This document shows positions 57,801 to 61,402 of a stretch of DNA of 64,000 nt, in pieces. Source of the DNA: Bacteroidia bacterium (GTDB taxonomy: Bacteria > Bacteroidota > Bacteroidia > SXHM01); the NCBI GenBank assembly GCA_022072225.1, contig JAJVIC010000007.1, positions 366,150 through 430,149 on the forward strand, given 5' to 3'. The first letter of the stretch is position 1. The number at the start of each line of letters is the position of its first letter. A model generated the notes under the pieces. That model ran no database searches. It saw nothing but the letters and a program-made list of their open reading frames with translations, and was not told where the DNA came from. Made by a program: the position numbers and the translations under genes.

Positions 57801-59626
57801 CCTCCTATAGGACTGCCAGCTAATCTCCATTGATAACCGGTTATTGAACCCGATCCTGCAGTTGAACTGGCTGCTGATAATAATGTGCTGCCTCCCGTAC
57901 AAAAATTATTTGTTCCGGTTATAGTTGCGGTTGGGTTAGTATTTACCGTTACGGTTTGAGTTGAAGTTGATGTACAAACTCCATTGTTAGTGGTATGGGT
58001 TACAGTATATGTTCCTCCGGCAGCATAGGTATGGGTTGCATTTTGTGTATTTACAACAGGAGTTCCGTCACCAAAATTCCATGAATAAGTAAAACCGCCT
58101 CCTGTTGAACCGGTATGTGTAAAACTAAAACTATTACCTGTTAAACATTGTGTAGCGGGTGTGCCTATTGTATAGTCCGATCTTATTACAGTTACTGTTT
58201 CTGAGCGCGTTACCGTTTGTCCGTTACAAACGTCTGATATCGTTGCAGTATAAGTAGTCGTGTTGGTAGGCGAAACAGAAACGGAAGTTCCTGTTCCTGC
58301 TCCGTTATTCCAGCTTATGCTGTAAGGTCCCTGGCTGCCAGATGGTGTAGCAGTCAACGTAGCGCTTTGTCCCAAACAAATTGTCTGTGTTCCGGTTGAT
58401 GTTGCCGTTAAAGTAGTATTATCCTGTATTGTAAGTGTGGCAGTCGGTGGCGCTGTGCAGCCGCAGGGAGCAGTAGTAAGAGTTAATATCAAGGATTCAT
58501 TCCCTTCTACTATGCCGTCTAACAATGCATTAATCAAAATAGTGCTTGACATTTGTCCTGCAGGAATAGTAACTGTAGTTGGTATCGCAGCATAATCAGT
58601 TCCTGATGTTGCAGTTCCCGATAAAGTGAAAGAAACAGTAACGGGCGTATTCAAATCGCCCGCATTAAGTTTTGTAAACGTAAAACCGGCATCCTGACAA
58701 CCTTCCCAAACTCCTGTAGGATTGCTTTGTGTTGTAATATTTACACTTAGTGCAGCTCCGCCCGAAAAGCTGTTTGCTTTCAGAAATACACCAGAATCAT
58801 AGCGCCTGTCTCCTACGTCAGCTACAACCAGCTTGATATGGTACGACTGACATTTTTGTACCAACGCAAACGCAGTCAAGGGTGTTGTCCATGCATCGTA
58901 TTGTACCCGGGCTGTTGTTGTTAAACAGTTATCGGTATAATAAGCGCAATATTCACAAGGACCTGTTGCAGGGCAGGTTCCTGCACCTACGTTACCATTG
59001 TTTACATTATTAATGGTTACAGGAACGGCAGTACTTGGAATCAGTGCAATGTTTGTTGGAGTTGGATATCCCGGACCGGTTATAAAAAATCCGAATGCAT
59101 CGTTATAAGCTGTATTCACATATTCTCTATACTCCTCTGATGCAAAAACATATTCAAAACGTAAGGTATCAGAGAGAGGGAAAAAGTCAAACTCCAATAC
59201 TGTTGCATCTAAAGTAGTATTGCCTATGGCTGCTGTCAATGTTGCATCACCTGCCCTACCGTTATCTGTTCCACGGTCAGGGGCATTATTGGGGCCGGGT
59301 GCGTTTGTGCAGCGCCCGGTTGTCATTAAAACACCGGTTCCAAAACCAACACTTCCTGCTCCCGCACCATTTCCAAAAGAACCTATTGCTCGGAATGCCC
59401 CGGTATAAGTAATGTTTGAAACAGTAACACATGAACCTATTAGTGTATTGTTTACCAGATTGTTTACATCTGTTGTGCTGGTTGCCTCTGTTACGGTCAG
59501 CGTTTGTGCAAAAATTTGTTTGCCCGAAAAAGTGACAAAAGCAAAAATAACCGCAATGAGTACGGCTAATTTTTTAGACAAAAATATGCGGGTATTTGAG
59601 AAAGGAAGCGGGTAAAAACAACTCAT
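36836..59626 (-). CDS. giant (7,596 aa) SprB-like cell-surface adhesin with C-terminal CHU_C / type B T9SS sorting domain
   Basis: uninterrupted 22.8-kb ORF; signal peptide ...FSGKQIFAQ; N-terminal non-repetitive domain, then Calx-beta-like segment (SGTDYAAIPTTVTIPAGQ...EGNESLILTL); about 8 Ig-like 82-aa repeats (ANPTATITGT..FC.GGSTVLSA...GYQW..GGS); about 55-60 HYR repeats of 80 aa (CQNITV.L...G.A.ITAAQVNNGS.D.CGIAS.SVSP.TF.CANVGANTVTLTV.D.NGN); about 20 SprB repeats; 3 PKD domains; C-terminus YMPNAFIVGGDGDFGYFLPKG...YRCMIFDKWGNLLW matches the gliding-motility C-terminal domain. Confidence 0.85.
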   Translation of the reverse strand: MSCFYPLPFSNTRIFLSKKLAVLIAVIFAFVTFSGKQIFAQTLTVTEATSTTDVNNLVNNTLIGSCVTVSNITYTGAFRAIGSFGNGAGAGSVGFGTGVLMTTGRCTNAPGPNNAPDRGTDNGRAGDATLTAAIGNTTLDATVLEFDFFPLSDTLRFEYVFASEEYREYVNTAYNDAFGFFITGPGYPTPTNIALIPSTAVPVTINNVNNGNVGAGTCPATGPCEYCAYYTDNCLTTTARVQYDAWTTPLTAFALVQKCQSYHIKLVVADVGDRRYDSGVFLKANSFSGGAALSVNITTQSNPTGVWEGCQDAGFTFTKLNAGDLNTPVTVSFTLSGTATSGTDYAAIPTTVTIPAGQMSSTILINALLDGIVEGNESLILTLTTAPCGCTAPPTATLTIQDNTTLTATSTGTQTICLGQSATLTATPSGSQGPYSISWNNGAGTGTSVSVSPTNTTTYTATISDVCNGQTVTRSETVTVIRSDYTIGTPATQCLTGNSFSFTHTGSTGGGFTYSWNFGDGTPVVNTQNATHTYAAGGTYTVTHTTNNGVCTSTSTQTVTVNTNPTATITGTNNFCTGGSTLLSAASSTAGSGSITGYQWRLAGSPIGGATASTYTATVGGTYSVTVTNSNGCSTTSANFIVTVNANPTATITGTPSFCAGGSTVLSAATSTAGSGSITGYQWNLAGSPISGATSSTYTVTAAGTYSVTVTNSNGCSATSGNTIVSVNANPTATITGGPTTFCSGGSVTLSATTSTAGSGSITGYQWNLGGSPISGATASTYSASAGGNYTVTVTNSNGCSTTSATTTVTVNANPTAIVTGTNSFCSGGSTLLSATTSTAGSGSITGYQWRLNGSNIGGATASTYTATAAGTYSVIVTNSNGCTNTSANFVVTVNANPTATITGTNNFCSGGSTVLSAATSTPGSGSITGYQWRVGGSNIGGATASTYTATAAGTYSVIVTNSNGCSTTSANFVVTVNANPTATITGTTSFCAGGSTVLSAATSTAGSGSITGYQWNLAGSPIGGATASTYTATAAGNYTVTVTNSNGCSTTSSITVVSVNANPTATITGTASFCAGGSTVLSAATSTAGSGSITGYQWRLGGSNIGGATASTYTATAAGTYSVIVTNSNGCSTTSANFVVTVNANPVATITGTPSFCSGGSTVLSAATSTAGSGSITGYQWNLGGSPIGGATSSTYTATAGGNYTVTVTNSNGCSTISAVTTVTVNSNPTATISSTTPVSCSGGNNGAATVTPSGGTPGYTYDWTPGTPTGDGTATITNLSVGSYTVTVTDSRGCTATATATIIQDDNTPPTALCSNVTVPLSAGGTASITPAQVDNGSSDNCGIASMSVTPNTFTCANVGANTVTLIVTDVNGNTASCTSTVTVVDNVPPSAVCQNITVNLNAAGSVSITAAQVNNGSSDACGIASMSVSPNSFTCANVGANTVTLTVTDVNGNTSTCTATVTVADVTPPTAVCQNITVDLNSSGNATITAAQVNNGSTDACGIASLSVSPSSFTCANTGANTVTLTVTDVNGNSSTCTATVTVIDVTPPTAICTNITAQLNAAGTVTIAAGDVDNGSTDACGIASITVSPNTFNCSQVGPNTVTLTVTDLSGNVSTCTATVTVADQVAPTAICQNISVNLNAAGTATITAAQVNNGSTDNCGIASISVSPSTFNCANVGANTVTLTVTDVNGNTATCAAIVTVNDVTPPTAICQNISVNLGAGGTVTITGSQVNNGSSDACGIATLSVSPSTFTCANLGPNNVTLTVTDVNGNSSTCTATVAIVDVTPPVANCQNITVNLNSSGTATITAAQVNNGSSDVCGAVTLNVSPSSFTCANVGANTVTLTVTDGSGNSSTCTATVTIVDITPPTAVCQNITIPLNAAGIATITAAQVNNGSSDACGIASLSVSPSTFNCSNVGANSVTLTVTDVNGNSSTCTATVTVQDNLAPTAVCQNITVNLNAAGNASITAAQINNGSSDACGIASLSVSPSTFTCANVGANTVTLTVTDVNGNSSTCTATVTVNDVTAPTAICQNISVNLNSSGNATITAAQVNNGSSDACGIASLSVSPSSFTCANVGANTVTLTVTDNNGNTSTCTATVTVIDNTAPIAVCQNISVNLNSSGVATITAAQVNNGSSDACGIALLSVSPSSFTCSNVGTNTVTLTVTDNNGNISTCTATVTVNDVTPPTAVCQNVTVNLNSSGTASITAAQVNNGSSDACGILSLSVSPSTFNCSNVGANTVTLTVTDVNGNIGTCTGIVTVNDIIPPIAICQNVTVALDATGNASVTAAQVNNGSSDNCAIASLSVSPSAFDCSDLGANTVTLTVTDVNGNISTCTATVTVIDNIAPTAICQNISVNLNSSGTASITAAQLNNGSTDNCTVTSLSVSPSTFNCSNVGPNTVTLTVTDQSGNTATCTATVTVNDIIPPTAICQNITVQLDATGNVSITAAQINNGSTDNCGIASMTVSPNSFTCAGVGPNPVILTVTDVNGNVATCTATVTVQDNVDPIALCQNISIDLNSSGTATILASQIDNGSSDACGVTSITVSPSSFTCANVGANTVTLTVTDENGNSASCNATVTVNDVTPPTAICQNITIQLNASGTANITAAQVNNGSSDACGIASLSVSPNTFTCANIGTNNVTLTVTDVNGNTSTCTAVVTVVDNIAPTALCRNITVQLNAAGAATINATQINNGSTDNCSIASITVSPSSFTCANVGANTVTLTVTDGSGNSSTCTATVTVQENIAPTALCQNLTVNLNAAGAASITAAQINNGSFDNCGIASITVSPSSFTCANVGANTVTLTVTDVNGNVSTCTATVTVVDNIAPTAVCQNLTVQLDASGNTSILAIDVDGGSTDNCGIATTTVSPNTFNCSDIGANTVTLTVTDVNGNVSTCLATVTVQDNVAPTALCQNITVNLNAAGIVSITAAQINNGSSDACGIASLSVTPNTFNCSNVGANTVTLTVTDVNGNVSTCTATVTVVDNTAPTAVCQNITVQLNSAGAGSITAAQINNGSSDNCGIASLSVTPNTFDCSNVGANTVTLTVTDINGNISTCTSTVTVENNVAPSVVCQDISVNLNSSGTVSITAAQVNNGSSASCGLASLTVTPSTFNCSNVGANTVTLTAIDVNGNTSSCTATVTVNDITPPIAVCQNIPVNLNASGTASITAAQINNGSSDACGIATLSVSPSSFTCANVGANTVTLTVTDVNGNASTCTATVTVVDNIAPVAQCQNISVQLDATGNASITAAQINNASSDACGIAALAVSPSTFTCANIGANTVILTVTDVNGNSSTCSATVTVIDNIAPVALCQSITVNLNAAGTATITAAQINNGSSDACGIASLSVSPNTFTCANIGANSVTLTVTDNNGNGSTCTATVTVVDNVAPIAVCQNITVALNAAGTATITAAQVNNGSSDACGIASLSVSPSSFTCANVGANTVTLTVTDVNGNTATCTATVTITDNIPPVALCQNVSVNLNAAGNAFITAAQVNNGSTDACGILSITVSPSSFTCANVGNNNVTLTVTDIHGNVSTCSAIVTVNDVTPPTAICQNISVNLDAAGTATITAAQINNGSSDVCGIGMMTVTPNSFTCANVGTNTVVLSVTDVNGNITTCNATVTVNDVTAPTAVCQNITVQLDASGNASITANDVNNGSSDACGIASISVSPNTFNCSNVGANTVTLSVTDVNGNSSTCTATVTVENNIVPVVICQNITVSLDANGNAVITASQVNNGSNAACGLSSLTVSPNTFDCSDIGLNTVTLTAVDVNGNVSTCTAQVTITDAVAPNAICQNITAQLNSSGTVTVTAGQIDNGSTDACGIASMTTTPSSFTCANLGPNTVTLTVTDNYGNSSTCTSTVNVVDNIAPTALCQNITVNLNSAGTASITAAQINNNSTDNCSIVFMSVSPNSFTCANVGTNTVTLTVTDQSGNSSTCTATVTVNDITPPVANCQNIAVNLDATGNVSITAAQINNNSTDACGIASMSVSPNSFTCAGVGVNPVTLTVTDVNGNISTCSAIVTVVDNVPPVATCQNITVQLDASGTVSITASQVNNGSSDACGIANMTVSPSSFTCANVGANTVTLTVTDNNGNTATCQSLVTVQDLIAPTAICQNITVALNAAGTASITAAQINNGSSDNCGVASVSVAPNSFTCANIGANNVTLTVTDVNGNISTCTGVVTILDNIAPVANCQNITIQLDASGNASITAAQVNNGSSDACGIVSMSVSPNTFTCANVGANTVTLTVTDVNGNSSQCTATVTIQDNIAPVANCQNITVALDANGNAVVTAAQINNGSSDNCGIASITINGQAQFTFGCVNVGINTVTLTVTDVSGNSTSCTANVTVVDNIAPNAICQNITAQLDASGNIVVTAAQINNGSTDACGIASIVINGQAQLAYDCGDVGVNTVTLTVTDVNGNSSTCFATITVEDNIAPTAICQNITVALDANGDVVVTAAQINNASTDNCGIASITLDGNQSQLSFDCSDVGVNTVTLTVTDVNGNVSTCTATVTVEDNVDPTAICQNITVQLDATGNVVVTAAQINNGSTDNCGIASIQINGQSQINFGCLNVGANTVTLTVTDVNGNVSTCSATVTVLDNASTPPTAICQNITVQLDAAGNASITAAQVDNGSFDNCGIASMSVSPNTFNCANVGANTVTLTVTDLNGNTATCTATVTVEDNIAPTAICQNITVALDANGDVVVTAAQIDNGSNDNCGIASITLDGNQSQLAFDCSNVGVNNVTLTVTDVNGNVSTCSATITIEDNAGTPPTAICQDITVQLDATGNTTITAADIDGGSFDNCGIASLSISQTTFDCGEVGANTVTLTVTDVNGNSSQCTATVTVEDNVAPLAVCQNITAQLDATGNVTIAAGDVDNGSSDACGIASITVSPNTFTCANIGANIVTLTVTDVNGNVSTCTATATVEDNVNPVANCQNITVSLDATGNITIAAAQVDNGSSDACGIASMSLSTSSFTCANIGANNVTLTVTDVNGNSATCAAVVTVQDNVAPTAICQDISVQLNPGGSVTITAAQVNNGSSDACGIAAMSVSPSTFTCANVGANTVTLTVIDNNGNQSTCTATVTVLDNNAPQALCQNITVQLDATGNATITAAQVDNGSGDQCGPVTLSVNPSTFDCSNIGANTVTLTVTDQSGNSTTCTATVTIEDNVAPVVACQNISVELDANGQVVITAAQVDNGTTDNCSTTSSGLTFSLSETAFDCSNIGANTITFTATDAYGNSSTCTATVNVSDTVSPVVVCQDITVDLDANGNATITAAQVDNGSADACGIANMTVSPSSFDCSNIGANTVTLTVTDNNGNSSSCTAIVTIEDNTAPSVVCQNITVQLDANGNAVITAVDIDGGSTDNCSGSGSGLTFSASQTSFDCSNIGANTITLTVTDAFGNSSTCDATVTVADTVSPVAICQSITVQLDANGQVVISAIDIDGGSTDNCSDINSGLTFSASQTTFDCSDEGANTVTLTVTDAYGNSSTCTATVTVENNITPAVVCQDITVQLDATGNVVITAAQVDGGTAAACGIASLSVSPSSFDCSNVGANTVTLTATDNSGNVSTCTAIVTVEDTISPTIVCQNITVQLDANGNAVITGIDLDNGTTDNCSTSGSGLTYTASQTNFDCSNVGANTVTLTVTDANGNSSSCDAVVTITDTVSPTVICQSITVQLDANGNAVITAVDVDGGSTDNCSTSGNGLTYAISDTDFDCSDVGANTVTLTVTDAFGNSSYCSATVTIVDDVDPIALCQDITIQLDNNGQATINASQVNNGSSDNCGIASMTVNPSTFTCAGIGANPVTLTVTDVNGNVSTCQSIVTIQDNVDPIAICRDITINLDGTGNTSIVPSQVDNGSFDACGIASITVSPNTFDCSNVGANTVTLVVTDMNGNVDSCTSVVTVVDATAPNAICQNITVALDSNGVVNITAAEIDNGSTDACGIDTMFVSAPSFNCTNIGENLVTLTVVDVNGNSDNCFATVTVTDVIAPEFTFCPADITIQPDSSNCNPSVTWTIPVAADNCGVTSFTSNFQSGNNFPVGTTTVTYTAIDAAGNTTTCSFDIIVLANPLLITAVADTFNCGYNVACNGNADGSATAMPAGGCMPYTFLWSNGQTSQTATGLSATTYSVTVTDGLGNTATTSITLTEPAPLAVDSLTSPVNSGGWNINCANTNNGIITLAATGGADCVDYNYAWTGPNGFTATTEDLQFVFAGTYYVTITDVNGCSVQDSITLTEPELLEVELVTQQDVSCHGLSDGSATVAATGGANGYQYLWSNGITTATADSLEAGVYFVSVTDNNGCIATTNVVIGEPNPLIAYTSVTSDYNGSDVSCTGDADGIAEVLVNGGTPGYTYQWSNGSTDYFATDLTAGTYFVTTTDANGCDTTVSVTLIDPPVLTADVVSVIEPSCNGATNGNATVQASGGTPGYFYYWSNTQTGATATGLASGTYTVTVSDTNGCNIILTVVVGEPQALEITSSNIDVTDVSCNGGNDGAIDITPTGGTAPFTYAWDNGATTQDISGLIAGTYSITVVDSLGCDTTISIVVNEPAQLLLNISDQSAPSCNGNANGTATVAVNGGTIPYAYAWNNGQTTATATGLSAGTYSVVVTDANGCSDSIQAIIADPVTLTVSADVTSDFNGEDLSCFGANNGVVTASPAGGTAPYTYLWSNGQTGDVASNLFAGTYIVTATDANGCSATDTVLVVDPAQLTAVISNTSTVSCSGQADGSATVNVTGGVAPYTYSWTNGQTTQTATGLAFGIHQVTVVDANGCSETVFADITEPPSLTASVNTILDVTCNGGSNGAAFIDVIGGTAPYTYLWSNGTTTEDLNGVGAGDYTVQITDASGCDTSLTVVITQPTAMVATIINQVNVGCAGGATGEATVDVSGGIPGYTYIWDNGQTTVTATDLPAGLHSVTIRDANNCITIVNFVITENAVLSAGDVDVNNVTCNGGNNGSISFDVAGGNAPYTYSWSNGQSTIPAINLVAGDYSVTVTDSAGCALNLSFTVSEPANLVPAITNIVQPACGGSATGIATVGVTGGTPTYTYAWDNGQTTATATNLTSGIHTVVVTDAAGCSDSTTVTIIAPGNMSMLLAGSSQPTCFGGANGTATVLVTGGTTPYTYDWTPSANTGATATGLAAGIYVVVATDANGCAASQTITITQPSQIVADINSVGNVVCAGDSVTISATATGGNGVYTYTWNNGLGNGASHIVLPSVPTTYVVTVTDGLGCTGTQDSVTVTISTPPVAAFTVPSSNTYSCTYPVTVDFTNTSVNATQYSWSFGNGTTSTTTNGQANFDSTGTYTVVLTATSASGCVDTAVYVYNVYPAPTASFSLSGNSGCAPYTVNFTNNSVDGVTYYWNFGDGDTSMLSNPSHTYEIPGTYNVTLVVSGGGICNDTLELTSAVTVFQTPVADFTSDYYNIVDPDGQIQFTNLSVGATTYDWSFGDGNTSTLENPINNYLENGEFDVMLIATSGAGCADTIVQTVEVELFKGLYMPNAFIVGGDGDFGYFLPKGIGIATYRCMIFDKWGNLLWESSKLVDGKPVEGWDGRYNGVVVPQGAYIWKADATFMDGTQWEGMEYENGRFSNTGNVTVLE
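41500..55700. repeat. about 240-bp-period tandem DNA repeat array (HYR-domain coding units, about 55-60 copies) inside the giant adhesin gene
   Basis: recurring blocks such as GTAAC(A/G)GTTAA(T/G)GTAAC(T/G)GT(A/G)TTTGC(A/G)CCAAC and CAAATTGCAG spaced about 240 bp apart; antisense plus-strand ORFs in the track start at offsets that are multiples of 240 (49485, 50685, 53085, 53805). Confidence 0.65.
55950..57950. repeat. about 246-bp-period tandem repeat (Ig-like domain units, about 8 copies) inside the giant adhesin gene
   Basis: near-identical DNA blocks such as GTTGAGGTAGCAGCAGATAATACAGTGCTTCCTCC recur at about 246-bp spacing across 56100-57900. Confidence 0.55.
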
Positions 59627-59983
59627 ATCAGGGCATAAAATCTTTTCTTGTGGTGCTTTCTTACGCTCAACTATTTAAAAAGTTCTGTTGCAGTCTGCAA
59701 TCATCGATAAACGACACGCGTATTATACCAACACCCTAAACCCGATGATTACAAAGCCTTTTGCAAAGATGAATGTCTTGTTACCAAGTAAAAATTCTCA
59801 ATTAAATTCTTATTAACCCGTCTTTGTTAAAAACACATCATCGTAAAATCTCTTACCCCATTTCTTCGCGCTAAGTTTGTCTCAACTAAACAAAATCAAA
59901 ACTTATTATCGATTTTGTAGTATAAACGCACTAAACTTTGGTTGCATTTTTAGCATCATCATTTAACTGACAATTTCAACAAC

Positions 59984-60610
59984 ATGTTAAGAAACATACT
60001 TTCTATTCTCACAACGCTTCTTGTTTTTTCTTGCGCGTTTGCTCAAAACCAAAACGAAACAGTGATTATTATTTCAACCTCTTATGGTGAAATAAAAATC
60101 AAACTCTACAACGAAACCCCCATTCACCGCGATAATTTCATTAAACTGATTAAAGAAGGGAAATACAATCAAAGCAGTTTTCACCGCATCATAAACACCC
60201 ACCTCATTCAGGGCGGTGAAATGGCGGGTGAAAATGAAATGAAAAAACTACAACCTGAAATTATTTCCGGAAAATTTCACAAACGCGGAGCACTTGCAGC
60301 GGTTCGCGAAGACGATGTTGCCAACCCTGAAAAACTTTCTTCACCTACACAGTTTTTCATTGTTCTTGGTAACACCATTGCCTATGATTTAATCGACAGA
60401 GTTGGCGAACGCATGAATTACAAATTCACTGAAGAACAAAAACAAGCGTACTCAACAATTGGCGGCATTCCAACCCTTGATGGCGCCAACACCGTTTTTG
60501 GTGAAGTAATCGAGGGCTTGGACATCGTTGAGAAAATAGCCTCCGCTCCCGTTCAGGGCGAAACACCTTTGCAAAAAATTGTTTTGCAAATGAGTATTGA
60601 GCAACATTGA
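59984..60610 (+). CDS. secreted cyclophilin-type peptidyl-prolyl cis-trans isomerase
   Basis: signal peptide ...SCAFAQN; FHRII..HLIQGG, ALAAVRED, QFFIVL blocks of the cyclophilin fold. Confidence 0.75.
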   Translation: MLRNILSILTTLLVFSCAFAQNQNETVIIISTSYGEIKIKLYNETPIHRDNFIKLIKEGKYNQSSFHRIINTHLIQGGEMAGENEMKKLQPEIISGKFHKRGALAAVREDDVANPEKLSSPTQFFIVLGNTIAYDLIDRVGERMNYKFTEEQKQAYSTIGGIPTLDGANTVFGEVIEGLDIVEKIASAPVQGETPLQKIVLQMSIEQH

Positions 60611-60630
60611 TTTTCTTCTGAGTTGCCGGT

Positions 60631-61365
60631 TTATATTACCAGAGTTTGGTATAGCAGTTTTTTCGCTTTTTGAGTAAGAATATAGCGCTGAAAGGAGGCG
60701 CGCACCAGCAAATCTTTGCTGCGCAGGTTCATAAGCAACTTGGCTAAACCGCCTTGCGAGTAGCCGGTTAGTTGTATAAGTTCCGTGTATAAACCGCTTC
60801 CTCCGTTATGAAAATGAATAAGCAATTTTGCAGCCGCCTGGGGTGTACCATTACCTGCACGTATCAGTTTTTGACTGAGCAGGCTTGAGCTTAGCTTTGA
60901 AATAAGTTCATCGGTAGGCTCCGCTTTTTCGGGTAAAGAATAGATTTCCTCATTTGAAGGAATTGTTGCTGAGGAGGTGGGCTGAATTAAGTGATTGGAT
61001 GGAATAGGTGTTAAGGATGGGGAATGAACAGGCTGATTTATTCCGGTTGCTTGTTCATTTAGGGAATGAAGATTTTGATTTATTCCACTTTCTTGTTCAT
61101 TTACGGAATAAAGTGGTTTGTTTATTCCCTGTTGTTCTGATGGTGTGGAATGAATTAGCTGCTTCATTCCCAAATCGCTGTCGGTATTCCTTTCAGTAGC
61201 TTGATTTGTACTTTTCAGTTGCTCGGATAGGGAATGAAGTGCCAATTTATGTTCTAATTGGGAACATATTCCTCTTAATTGATCATTTTGTTCCAGCAAA
61301 ACGTTAATTATTTTGTTGAGACGGGCAATTTCTGCCTCATGTTGGGTTGAATTATTTTCGCTCAT
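60631..61365 (-). CDS. hypothetical protein with N-terminal coiled coil, internal about 20-aa tandem repeats and possible C-terminal winged-helix
   Basis: 244 aa; repeats INKPLYSVNEQESG / INQNLHSLNEQATG / INQPVHS encoded by about 60-bp DNA repeats at about 61020-61200. Confidence 0.4.
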   Translation of the reverse strand: MSENNSTQHEAEIARLNKIINVLLEQNDQLRGICSQLEHKLALHSLSEQLKSTNQATERNTDSDLGMKQLIHSTPSEQQGINKPLYSVNEQESGINQNLHSLNEQATGINQPVHSPSLTPIPSNHLIQPTSSATIPSNEEIYSLPEKAEPTDELISKLSSSLLSQKLIRAGNGTPQAAAKLLIHFHNGGSGLYTELIQLTGYSQGGLAKLLMNLRSKDLLVRASFQRYILTQKAKKLLYQTLVI

Positions 61366-61402
61366 GGGGAATTATTTCCCACAAAAATAGAAAATGTTGA
61401 AC

